Below are positions 27,440 through 36,057 of a stretch of 64,000 nucleotides of DNA, one piece after another. Under the pieces are notes generated by a model. It searched no databases. It worked only from the letters and a program-made list of their open reading frames with translations, and was not told the origin of the DNA. The first letter of the stretch is position 1. Every line of letters begins with the position of its first letter. A program made the position numbers and the translations under genes. Source of the stretch: an uncultured Gammaproteobacteria bacterium. Its GTDB lineage: Bacteria > Patescibacteriota > Patescibacteriia > UBA1558 > 2-01-FULL-52-15. The DNA lies in NCBI GenBank assembly GCA_964441335.1, contig CAYTUI010000001.1, forward strand, positions 961 to 64,960, in the 5' to 3' direction.

Positions 27440-28114
27440 ATGACAGTTAATAGAAAATATGAATTCGCCGTAATTGCTACCGACATTGCTATTTTCGCCG
27501 TAATTGATGGTAAATTACAGGTATTAATGATTGAGATGGTGAAACCACCTTTTACCGGTCAGTGGGCTTTACCGGGCGGACTGATAAAAATCACAGAGAC
27601 CGTTGAAAATGCGGCTAAGCGCACTTTGCTGGAAAAGACTGGCGTCCAGGATGTTTATCTGGAGCAGCTCTTTACTTTTGGTGAGGTTAACCGTGATCCT
27701 TTTGGGAGAGTGGTATCGGTAGCTTATTTTGTTTTAATTTCTGATCCAACCAAGTTAAAACTAAAGGCCGGACGAGAATATAGAAATATAGGCTGGAAAT
27801 CAGTTGATCGGTTGCCTGTTTTGGCTTACGATCACAAGAAAATAGTAGCGGTAGCTATTGAGCGTTTACGATCTAAATTATCTTATACTAATATTGTTTA
27901 TGGTCTATTGCCGAAAGAATTTACTTTAACAGAATTCCAAAGTCTATATGAATTAATTTTAGATCAGCAGTTTGATAAAAGAAATTTCCGTAAAAAAATG
28001 TTGTCATTAGGACTAATAAAGAAGTCAGGACGAAAACAGAGTGGAGTGGCTAACCGACCAGCCAACCTTTTTTCCTTTTCCAGCCGCTCCCCAAAAGTAG
28101 TAGAAATATTATAA
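27440..28114 (+). CDS. nrtR: NrtR-type regulator: Nudix-like ADP-ribose-binding domain fused to C-terminal winged helix
   Basis: Degenerate Nudix fold (QWALPGG...E....AAKR.L.EKTG) plus ~90-aa C-terminal domain; sits directly upstream of pnuC-nadR. A paralog lies at 40501. Confidence 0.7.
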   Translation: MTVNRKYEFAVIATDIAIFAVIDGKLQVLMIEMVKPPFTGQWALPGGLIKITETVENAAKRTLLEKTGVQDVYLEQLFTFGEVNRDPFGRVVSVAYFVLISDPTKLKLKAGREYRNIGWKSVDRLPVLAYDHKKIVAVAIERLRSKLSYTNIVYGLLPKEFTLTEFQSLYELILDQQFDKRNFRKKMLSLGLIKKSGRKQSGVANRPANLFSFSSRSPKVVEIL

Positions 28115-28162
28115 TTTTTTTTAATTAAAGATAGTGTAAATTTTACAATAAATAATAAAGCC

Positions 28163-28741
28163 ATGAGTACATATGAAATTATAGCGGTAGTCTTTGGTCT
28201 AATCTCGGTCTATCTGACTACCAGTCAAAATATTTGGAGTTGGCCAACAGGCTTAGTCAGCGTAGTAGCTTTTGGCTTATTGTTTTTTGACATCAAGCTC
28301 TACGCTGATGTTATTCTGCAAGCCTTTTTCTTTGTTACGGGTTTATTGGGCTGGTATTGGTGGAAGTTTGGAGGAAAGAATAAAACTGAGCTCCAAGTTA
28401 AGTTGTTGAAATCCGTAAGCCGCTGGTGGATATTTCTGTCTATAATTCCTTGCCTTGCTTTGATGGGTTGGCTGTTGTCAAACTACACCGACGCCTCATT
28501 ACCCTATTGGGATTCTTTTATCAGTGTCGTCAGCATTTTTGCACAGTTATTACTGACCAAAAAAATTTTTGAAAATTGGATTCTTTGGATAGCGGTAGAT
28601 ATTGTGGCTATAGGAGTTTATAGTTTTAAAGAAGTTTATTTAACAACCGGTTTGTATGTCATATTTTTATGCTTAGCGACAGTCGGATTAATAAAGTGGT
28701 ATAGATCATGGCAACAGCAAAAAAAAATAACGATAGCATAG
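28163..28741 (+). CDS. pnuC: Nicotinamide riboside transporter PnuC
   Basis: PnuC-like TM protein; the WxxW signature appears in variant form GWYWWKF; adjacent to nadR. Confidence 0.8.
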   Translation: MSTYEIIAVVFGLISVYLTTSQNIWSWPTGLVSVVAFGLLFFDIKLYADVILQAFFFVTGLLGWYWWKFGGKNKTELQVKLLKSVSRWWIFLSIIPCLALMGWLLSNYTDASLPYWDSFISVVSIFAQLLLTKKIFENWILWIAVDIVAIGVYSFKEVYLTTGLYVIFLCLATVGLIKWYRSWQQQKKITIA

Positions 28742-29712
28742 GTTTGGTGCTGGGAAAGTTTGCCCCGCTGCACAAAGGCCATCAGCTGCTAATTGAAACC
28801 GCCCGCCGGGAAATGGATAGGGTTAAGGTGATGATTTATAACTGTCCCGAAACAACAAATATTCCGTTGAACGTACGTTCCGGCTGGATCAAAAAGCTTT
28901 ATCCCGATGTCGAGGTGATTGAAGCCTGGGACGGACCAACTGAAACAGGACGGGCGGCCTGGATAAAGAAAAAAAATGAGGATTATGTTCTTAAAAAAAT
29001 AAATGAACCAATTTCAGCCTTTTACAGTAGTGAGTGGTACGGGGACCATATGAGCAAATTCTTAAACTGCGCCAATATTATGGTTGATAGGCCTCGTCAA
29101 AATTTTAACGTTTCAGGCACTAGAGTAAGAAACAACTCCTATCGTTACAGAAAGTATTTAGACCCCATTGTTTACAATGACTATTTGATCTCAGTTGTTT
29201 TATTGGGCGCTGAATCTTCTGGTAAGACAACTTTAACAAAAGCTTTGGCAAAAAAGTACAAGACAGTTTGGCTGCCGGAATACGGTCGCGAGTATTGGGA
29301 GAAAAATCAGCAGAACGGTTTATTGACTCATAATCAGCTGGTTGAGTTAGCAATTGAACATCGTCACCGTGAGTATGAGTTGATTATGAAAGCTAAAATT
29401 TTTTTATTTATCGATACTAATGCCATGACCACAGCGCTGTTTGATGAATATTACCATGGAGAAATAGATAGTCGACTCCAGAAAATGGCCAACGAAGATG
29501 CCGAGAGGCAGAATATTTTTCTGCTCTGCGATATCGATATTCCTTATGAAGACGACGGTAGCCGTTCCGGCGCAGAACATAGGATCAAATTTGCCAGGCG
29601 GATAGAGGAGGATCTACAGGCCAAAAAAGTCTCTTATTATAAGATCAGGGGAACATTGGAACAGCGTTTAAAACAGGTTAAGAAAATTTTAAATAGGATT
29701 GACATTTATTAG
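28708..29712 (+). CDS. nadR: NadR-like bifunctional NMN adenylyltransferase / ribosylnicotinamide kinase
   Basis: HxGH-type nucleotidyltransferase motif (GKFAPLHKGH) and P-loop kinase motif (LLGAESSGKTTL). Confidence 0.85.
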   Translation: MATAKKNNDSIGLVLGKFAPLHKGHQLLIETARREMDRVKVMIYNCPETTNIPLNVRSGWIKKLYPDVEVIEAWDGPTETGRAAWIKKKNEDYVLKKINEPISAFYSSEWYGDHMSKFLNCANIMVDRPRQNFNVSGTRVRNNSYRYRKYLDPIVYNDYLISVVLLGAESSGKTTLTKALAKKYKTVWLPEYGREYWEKNQQNGLLTHNQLVELAIEHRHREYELIMKAKIFLFIDTNAMTTALFDEYYHGEIDSRLQKMANEDAERQNIFLLCDIDIPYEDDGSRSGAEHRIKFARRIEEDLQAKKVSYYKIRGTLEQRLKQVKKILNRIDIY

Positions 29713-29957
29713 ATGGCTAATATTAGCAAAAAAATCCATCAGAATATTTTCGATAAGTATCTAAAATAAGGATTTTTATCGAAGATCTGCTGATTAATCT
29801 TCCTGACTTGACAAAAATGGCTAATTTTAGTAAACTTGGCCGTTTACTGTCAGGTCTTGGCAGGTAAATTTTTTTGCTCTTTGTTAAGGAATTTAGCAGT
29901 TTTAAACGCAGACCTTTTGGTCATCAACCACTACCCAGAAACGAGGAGGTATAGGCT

Positions 29958-30875
29958 ATGAAGAAGCCTTTCGGTCTCTACGATCCGTCTTTGGTCGGGA
30001 TAAACTACAAGCCGCGTATTGAAGAAGCGCGGGCAGAGGGTCGCGCGGCAGGTCTCAGTGATGCCTCAACGGATACCTTCCGGACCATGCTGGCGCTGAT
30101 CGATTTCCAGCAGTGCTTCACACGTCCGGGTATGCCGCTGTGTGTACCGGGGGCCGTGGATGATATCCGACGGATCATCGCCTGGATTCTGACCCATCCG
30201 GAGGAGATCACGCGCGTTCTGATTACCCTGGATTCTCACAGCGCCTTGCAGGTCTTCACCCGCTGGTGGTGGAAACATCGTGACGGCTATCATCCGGATG
30301 ACTTTACCGATATCCTCACCGACCGTGTGGAATCTGGTATATGGATTCCGCAGGTGATGCCGAAGTGGTCGAGAACCTACCCGCGCCGTCTTGAAGAGAG
30401 CGGACAGGCTCCGCTCAAGATCTGGCCCCAGCACGGCGAGGTGGGTAGTGAGGGCTGGCAGTTGGACCCGGCGTTGATCGAGGTGATCGAGTGGCTGTGC
30501 GCCGCCCGCAACATTGCCCCCACCTATCTCTTCAAGGGCAATGTGCCGGAGTCCGAGTACTACGGAATTTTCCGTCCCTGCATTCTGGTGCCGACTCACC
30601 CGGATGGGGGATGGAACTATCCACTACTCAACTGGTTCCCGACCTTCGACCGCGTCATTGAAGCTGGTGAAGCGGAGGAATTCTGCGTTGGCGAATCCAT
30701 GAAACAGCAGATCGCTCACTACCGCGAGGTTGATCCCGAGGTTCTCAAGAAGATCGTCTTCTTGCGCGACTGCACCTCCACTGTTCTGCCTGAGAACCGA
30801 GGCCGAGCGGATGAGCTGCTGGACACGATGAAGCACGTGGGCATCCAGGTGTCTACCACAACTGAGTTGGTCTAG
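29958..30875 (+). CDS. Isochorismatase-family hydrolase (nicotinamidase PncA-like), GC-rich
   Basis: ALIDFQQCF..G.PLCVPGA pattern resembles the isochorismatase/PncA N-terminal catalytic-Asp region; later FCVGES Cys. First gene of the GC-rich NAD island. Confidence 0.55.
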   Translation: MKKPFGLYDPSLVGINYKPRIEEARAEGRAAGLSDASTDTFRTMLALIDFQQCFTRPGMPLCVPGAVDDIRRIIAWILTHPEEITRVLITLDSHSALQVFTRWWWKHRDGYHPDDFTDILTDRVESGIWIPQVMPKWSRTYPRRLEESGQAPLKIWPQHGEVGSEGWQLDPALIEVIEWLCAARNIAPTYLFKGNVPESEYYGIFRPCILVPTHPDGGWNYPLLNWFPTFDRVIEAGEAEEFCVGESMKQQIAHYREVDPEVLKKIVFLRDCTSTVLPENRGRADELLDTMKHVGIQVSTTTELV

Positions 30876-31060
30876 TTGCTGGCTGGTTGGCAGACTGCTT
30901 GGGATGTTAAGCCGGGCTTGTGGGAGGGTCACGTCAGTGACCCTCCCACACCTAATTTTTTAGAAACTTGTTCCCAACAATCGTTGGAGACAAATTTCTA
31001 ACCTTGATTTTTTTGAGGTTATGCACCTTTCCAAGTCAACAACAAACAAGGAGGTAGCCG

Positions 31061-32449
31061 ATGCCTAAGGTGGCGGTTTTCGGAGGCAGTTTCAATCCGC
31101 CGGGTCAGCATCATTTTCTGATCGTCAGGGAATTGTTAGAGCGGGGCGGCTTTAATCAAGTGATTGTAGTGCCCTGCGGCCCGCGGCCGGATAAATTGAC
31201 TACAAACGATATCGATTCTGTCTCCAGAGCCACTATGGTCGATCTGACTTTCCGCGGCCTGGCGAACGTTGAAGTCGACCTGTTCGATCTGGAGAACGGT
31301 ACCTTTACCAGAACTCACCAGCTGGACAAGCGCTATGGCCAACGAGGTGATCTCTGGCATGTGGTCGGCACTGATTTGATCAGTGGCGGAGCCGTCGGTC
31401 AGTCCCAGATTCAGCGAGTTTGGAAAAACGGATCGGAAATTTGGAGTAGCCTCCAGTTTCTGGTCCTGGTGCGCAACGGGTACAAGCTGAATCAGGCAGA
31501 TTTGCCGCCGCGCAGTCAGGTTCAGCAACTGGATCTGGACGGTGCCAGCTCGGATATTCGGACGGCAGCCATGAATCACCGGTCGTTGGCCGGACTGGTC
31601 AGACCGGAGGTAGCCAGCTACATCGAGCGTCATGAACTCTATCGCGGTTCCTGGCCGCGGCGGACCACTCGCTTGCGCCTGGTGCAACCGCAGATCCTGG
31701 TCTTTCACGATCAGCGCAATGAGCGTGCGGTGGAAGTTGCTGCCGCTTTGCGCCGCTGGGAGTCGGATGACCCGAATCTGGTGGTGGCCGTTGGTGGAGA
31801 TGGCACTATGCTGCGCGCCATTCATCAGCACTGGCAGAGACATTTACCGTTTATCGGTATCAATGTCGGACACCGGGGGTTTCTGCTGAATAACCTGGAA
31901 GGCGATCAGCTGGCGGAAGTGGTTTCACAGGGTCTGGAGGTCCATCGTTCGCCGCTGTTGTACGTTGAGACCGTTACCAATCAGGGAGCTGAGCAACGGT
32001 CTTTGGTGGCCAACGATGCTTGGGTGCAGTGTCAGCCTGGCACTACGGGCTGGTTGGAGGTAAAAATTGACGGTCAGGTTCGCCTGCCACGTCTGGTCTC
32101 CGACGGTGTTCTGGTTTCAACCGCCGCCGGTTCTACCGCTTATGCCAGAGCCATGGGAGCAACGCCCATACCGGTTGGCACGCCGGAGCTAGTCCTAGTC
32201 GGTAACAACGTTCTGGAACCACCCAACTGGCGCTCGGCCTACCTGCCGCTGGACTCGCTGATTCAAATCAGGAGTCTCGATCAGGCTAGGCCGACCAAAA
32301 GGCCGATTCTGGGCTTTGTGGACGGTTTGTCTCTGGGCGAGATTCGGCAGTTGGATATCCGCGCCAGTCGGATAGCGGCTATTGAGCTAGCTTTCTTGCC
32401 CGGTTATAACCTCGGACACAAGCTGGCCGAGATCCAATTCCCTTCCTAG
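31061..32449 (+). CDS. Fusion protein: N-terminal NMN/NaMN adenylyltransferase (NadD/NadM-like) plus C-terminal NAD kinase (NadK)
   Basis: N-term GGSFNPPGQHH (HxGH-class); C-term GGDGTML, GINVGHRGFL and DGVLVSTAAGSTAYARAMG NAD-kinase motifs. Confidence 0.8.
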   Translation: MPKVAVFGGSFNPPGQHHFLIVRELLERGGFNQVIVVPCGPRPDKLTTNDIDSVSRATMVDLTFRGLANVEVDLFDLENGTFTRTHQLDKRYGQRGDLWHVVGTDLISGGAVGQSQIQRVWKNGSEIWSSLQFLVLVRNGYKLNQADLPPRSQVQQLDLDGASSDIRTAAMNHRSLAGLVRPEVASYIERHELYRGSWPRRTTRLRLVQPQILVFHDQRNERAVEVAAALRRWESDDPNLVVAVGGDGTMLRAIHQHWQRHLPFIGINVGHRGFLLNNLEGDQLAEVVSQGLEVHRSPLLYVETVTNQGAEQRSLVANDAWVQCQPGTTGWLEVKIDGQVRLPRLVSDGVLVSTAAGSTAYARAMGATPIPVGTPELVLVGNNVLEPPNWRSAYLPLDSLIQIRSLDQARPTKRPILGFVDGLSLGEIRQLDIRASRIAAIELAFLPGYNLGHKLAEIQFPS

Positions 32450-32459
32450 TCGTTGAAAG

Positions 32460-32491
32460 CCGCAGGGACGAGCAGCAGCTCGTCCCTGCGG
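32460..32491 (+). terminator. Hairpin terminator CCGCAGGGACGAGC-AGC-AGCTCGTCCCTGCGG
   Basis: 14-bp perfect stem; followed by AT-rich spacer with a second palindrome CCTTGTTTCAAACAAGG. Confidence 0.55.
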
Positions 32492-32600
32492 ACCCAATTT
32501 TGAAATAAAGAATTGCCAGTTTTATAAGTTGTCAGTTCCTTGTTTCAAACAAGGCCAAGTTCTTTGTAAATCTAAGAGATCAAAACCAAGGAGGAAAAAC

Positions 32601-33188
32601 GTGGAACGTACGGTGATTCATAGCGGTTTTTTGCAGCTGGAAGTTGTGGCAACACCACAGGGCCAGAGGGAGCTGGTGCGTACCACTGATTCTCTTTGCC
32701 TGTTGATTTTCGATCAGCTACGCAATCGGCTGATCTTAGTTCGACAGCCGCGGCCTTCACAGATGTCTGAACTCAATCCCGATAGTCCCCTGGCCAATCG
32801 CGAGGGGCTGATCACCGAGTGCTGCGCCGGCCGTTTCGACGGTCGGTATTCTCCGCTGGAGTTGGCGGTCAAGGAAGCCGAGGAGGAAACTGGTATTCAG
32901 GTCAATCCGGAGAATGTCGAGCTGCTGAACGGCGGGCGGCCCATGGCTGTGTCCGCCGGGGTCATCACGGAGTTATCCTATCTGGCGTACGTGAGGATCA
33001 CTTCAGATACCTCCGGTCTCGACCAGAAGTTGCACGGTCGGGCAGATGAGGGTGAGGAGATTCGTCTGGTCAGTCTGGACGCGGATCCTCGTTATCTGCA
33101 GGTGTACTTGGGCGGAGCTTGTCAGGACATTCGTGTCTTCACTCTGCTGCAGTATCATCTCAACAAGATGGAATGTCAGGTGTCCTGA
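32601..33188 (+). CDS. NUDIX hydrolase, ADP-ribose pyrophosphatase-like (start GTG at 32601 after AAGGAGG)
   Basis: Nudix box AGRFDGRYSPLELAVKEAEEETGI; strong SD 7 nt upstream of GTG. ORF track lists 32529..33188. Confidence 0.7.
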   Translation: MERTVIHSGFLQLEVVATPQGQRELVRTTDSLCLLIFDQLRNRLILVRQPRPSQMSELNPDSPLANREGLITECCAGRFDGRYSPLELAVKEAEEETGIQVNPENVELLNGGRPMAVSAGVITELSYLAYVRITSDTSGLDQKLHGRADEGEEIRLVSLDADPRYLQVYLGGACQDIRVFTLLQYHLNKMECQVS

Positions 33189-33212
33189 CAGTTTCCAGGA
33201 GAGGAGTTTTCA

Positions 33213-34838
33213 GTGAGGAGTCTGTATCAAATCGTTCAGCAGATGTTTCCCCTGCAGCGTCTACCCTGGGATGAGTACTTCGCGGCCATGGCGCAGTCCG
33301 ACTTCAAGCTCGGGCGGCACCAGATTCCGGCCACCAAGTCATTCTTTATCAGGTCGGCGCCGTTTGGCGGATCGTTTGCGCTGCTGGGCGGTATTACCGA
33401 AGCCCTACGAACCATCAACGAGTTGCGCTTTGACGCAGATTTCCGGGCGATCATGGAGGAATTCGGCTACGAAGCCGATTTCCTGGACTGGTTGCAATCG
33501 GAAGAACGGTTGAAGGTTCAGGTCTACGCGCCGCCGGAAGGCAGCGTTTTCTTCCCCAGCGAGCCCGTGGTCACTTTTCGTGGGCCGTTGGCGCACATTC
33601 GGCTGGTCGAAGGCATGATGATTGAGGCGCTGAACTTCTCTACCTTGTCACTGACCAAATGGCAGCGACTGGTCAGGGTGGTGCGCCCCGGCTCTGTGTT
33701 GGAGTTCGCTCGTCGGCGATCGCAGCATCATCTCCGATCCTCGCTTTACGGTTTGCTGGCCGGTTGCCGGCAGATCAGCAACAGCGAAGCGGCCCGTCTG
33801 ATCGGCGTAAAGCCGGTCGGTACCATGGGTCATGAGTGGATGCAGTCGTTCGGCGATGTCCGCGAGGCCTTCGATGCCTGGCTCAAGGTCAATCCGCATA
33901 AGCCTGTTGGCTTGGTGGATACCTTGCAGTGTCTGGAGATCGATTTTCCGGCTTGGCTGGAGGCGGTCTACGAGCAGCGCGAGGTTGTAAAGGCCGCTGA
34001 CAGTCCGATCTGGGGCTGGCGCAACGATTCGGGTGACCTTGCCTACCTGACTATTGAGCAGTACATTCGCTTTTGGAAGCATCTGCTGTCTCAGGATCAG
34101 TGGTTTGCCGACCGCATGCACATTGTGCTGACCAACGATCTGGATGAGTACTCTTCGGAGGAAATCATCCAGCAGATTCGTAGCCAGGCCGGAGCCGCCG
34201 GTTTGGATGCCGAGGATCTGCTCCGACGGATCATTTGGGCGGCCGGTACCAAGCCGGGCACCTGCTATGATCAGCCGGCTTTGGGCGGCGTAGCCAAGCT
34301 GATGGAAGTCGATGGTCATGGCTGCATCAAGCTGGCTTTCGATGCCGACGGTAATCCGGGCGCCAAGACCTCGATTCCGGGGTTCAATCGCTCAGCGCTG
34401 ATCCGCGATCGTGATTCCGGTGAAGTTCACTGCCTGTTGATCTATCCGGCCGAGGACACTACTTTCCATCTGTTTGAGCATGATGGAGAAGGTTACTTCG
34501 GTGACGGGCGGAAGGGAGACGCTTGGGAGACCATTACCGCACATCATCCGGACACGCCCGGTTCGGAGCTGCACATCAAGAACTATCTGGTTCAGGGACG
34601 ACAGCAGCTGGTCTTTGATACGATCGATCAGAACGGCCTGACCGACGAGTGGATAGAGGACACTGTACAGTCGGTGGCTGAACGGGTTGTGAGGGAAATT
34701 GATTCCCTGCACTGGACTGTCAGCCGTCTCCGCAAGCCTCATCGGGTCAAGGTCTCTGTCACAGAAGGTCTGTTTGAGCAGCGGACGAATCTGATTCGTA
34801 CCCGCTGTCTGCGAACGGACAAGATGTGGAAGCAGTAG
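33213..34838 (+). CDS. pncB: Nicotinate phosphoribosyltransferase (PncB/NAPRT family, long form)
   Basis: N-terminal DEYFAAMAQ...SFFIRSAPFGGSFALLGGI..AL..L.ELRF and VYAPPEGSVFFPSEPVVTFRGPLAHIRLVE..MIEALNF.TL match type II PRTase NAPRTase conservation. Confidence 0.75.
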   Translation: MRSLYQIVQQMFPLQRLPWDEYFAAMAQSDFKLGRHQIPATKSFFIRSAPFGGSFALLGGITEALRTINELRFDADFRAIMEEFGYEADFLDWLQSEERLKVQVYAPPEGSVFFPSEPVVTFRGPLAHIRLVEGMMIEALNFSTLSLTKWQRLVRVVRPGSVLEFARRRSQHHLRSSLYGLLAGCRQISNSEAARLIGVKPVGTMGHEWMQSFGDVREAFDAWLKVNPHKPVGLVDTLQCLEIDFPAWLEAVYEQREVVKAADSPIWGWRNDSGDLAYLTIEQYIRFWKHLLSQDQWFADRMHIVLTNDLDEYSSEEIIQQIRSQAGAAGLDAEDLLRRIIWAAGTKPGTCYDQPALGGVAKLMEVDGHGCIKLAFDADGNPGAKTSIPGFNRSALIRDRDSGEVHCLLIYPAEDTTFHLFEHDGEGYFGDGRKGDAWETITAHHPDTPGSELHIKNYLVQGRQQLVFDTIDQNGLTDEWIEDTVQSVAERVVREIDSLHWTVSRLRKPHRVKVSVTEGLFEQRTNLIRTRCLRTDKMWKQ

Positions 34839-34970
34839 AGCTGCTACAAGCCGGTGGTCACCAGCAGGTGACCACCGGCCCTTACTTCAGCCTTGTCATA
34901 AAGAAAATGAAAGGGTTGAAGAGAGGCTAGTTCATTCAATGTCTATTCTAAAACCAAGGAGGTGCTCTAA

Positions 34971-35927
34971 ATGAGTTCTGCTCAGCCGATCGCTCACGGT
35001 AGCGGTCAAATGGGGGCGCAGTCTATCTCCATTCAGGTATCCACGCGGGAGCGTTGCAACGCCGGTTGTCGTTTTTGCATTTCGCGAACAACGCCGGGAG
35101 TGGAAACACCGGGCAATCCTCATGAAGTTAAGTTCTGCGATGAGCCGCGTCTGCAGGTCGGGTTGAACTATGCCCGGCAGTTGGGTGCGACGCATGCTAT
35201 CCTGACATCACGAGCTGATCCTTCGCAGGAGGACCCAAGGTATCTGCACCGACTGATCAGTACCAGTCGTCAGTTCTTGCCGCTAGTGGACATGCATACC
35301 AATGGTTTTCTTTGGCTGCCTGGTAAGCCGCAAGCCGATGATCTGTCTATACTGGTGGTTTCGGGTCTGACCATGCTTACTCTGTCGATCGCTTCTTTCG
35401 ATCAAAATCAGAATAGAGAGCTGATGATGATCCGCGAAAGCGGTGCCGGTTTGATCCGTCGGGCTCGGGATTTGGGTCTGCTGGTCCGCTGCTCTTTGGT
35501 TGTCAATTCCCAGGGAGTCAACGATTACCAGGGGGTTATCAACTACATCAAACAGGCCGGCAACCTGGGAGCCCACATGGTGGTCGTTAGAGAAGTCTGG
35601 CGACCGGAAGTGTATGGCGATTTCCAGCCCGAAGTGCTGGACTGGAACAACTGCAACTGGGTGGATATCGGTCCGATCCAGAGTCAGTTTATCCAGGCCG
35701 CCGGCCAGAGGGACAACCCTTACGGCTTGCAGCTTCGTGACCCCTTGCCCTGGGGCACACCGGTTATGGTGATGGGCGGAGTGTTCGACGACCCCAATCA
35801 TGGGGTCAATATCACTTTCGCTCGTTGCGAGGAGGGTACCAGGGGCTCGACCATTAAGAGCATCGTCCATAAGCCCGATGGTCACGGTTATCGCAACTGG
35901 GATCACAACGGCGATATCCTCTACTGA
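34971..35927 (+). CDS. Radical SAM domain protein (CX3CX2C)
   Basis: RERCNAGCRFCISRT cluster-binding motif near N-terminus; no further family assignment possible by eye. Confidence 0.6.
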   Translation: MSSAQPIAHGSGQMGAQSISIQVSTRERCNAGCRFCISRTTPGVETPGNPHEVKFCDEPRLQVGLNYARQLGATHAILTSRADPSQEDPRYLHRLISTSRQFLPLVDMHTNGFLWLPGKPQADDLSILVVSGLTMLTLSIASFDQNQNRELMMIRESGAGLIRRARDLGLLVRCSLVVNSQGVNDYQGVINYIKQAGNLGAHMVVVREVWRPEVYGDFQPEVLDWNNCNWVDIGPIQSQFIQAAGQRDNPYGLQLRDPLPWGTPVMVMGGVFDDPNHGVNITFARCEEGTRGSTIKSIVHKPDGHGYRNWDHNGDILY

Positions 35928-36057
35928 TTAGGTGGAGGACGGGGCATCTGCGTCGGCGCAGATGCCCCCTTTCCCGAGGTCTTATCATCTATAGATAAGG
36001 TCTTAGGAGAGTTCAGTTCTTTAACACGCAACCATCTAAAACCAAGGAGGAGAGGGA

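Noticed and set aside
30066-31843. Several minus-strand and alternative-frame ORFs in the GC-rich NAD island (30066..30599, 31136..31843, 33648..34319, 35283..35906, 37726..38115)
   Set aside because: All overlap plus-strand genes with clear enzyme motifs. They are typical GC-rich shadow ORFs.
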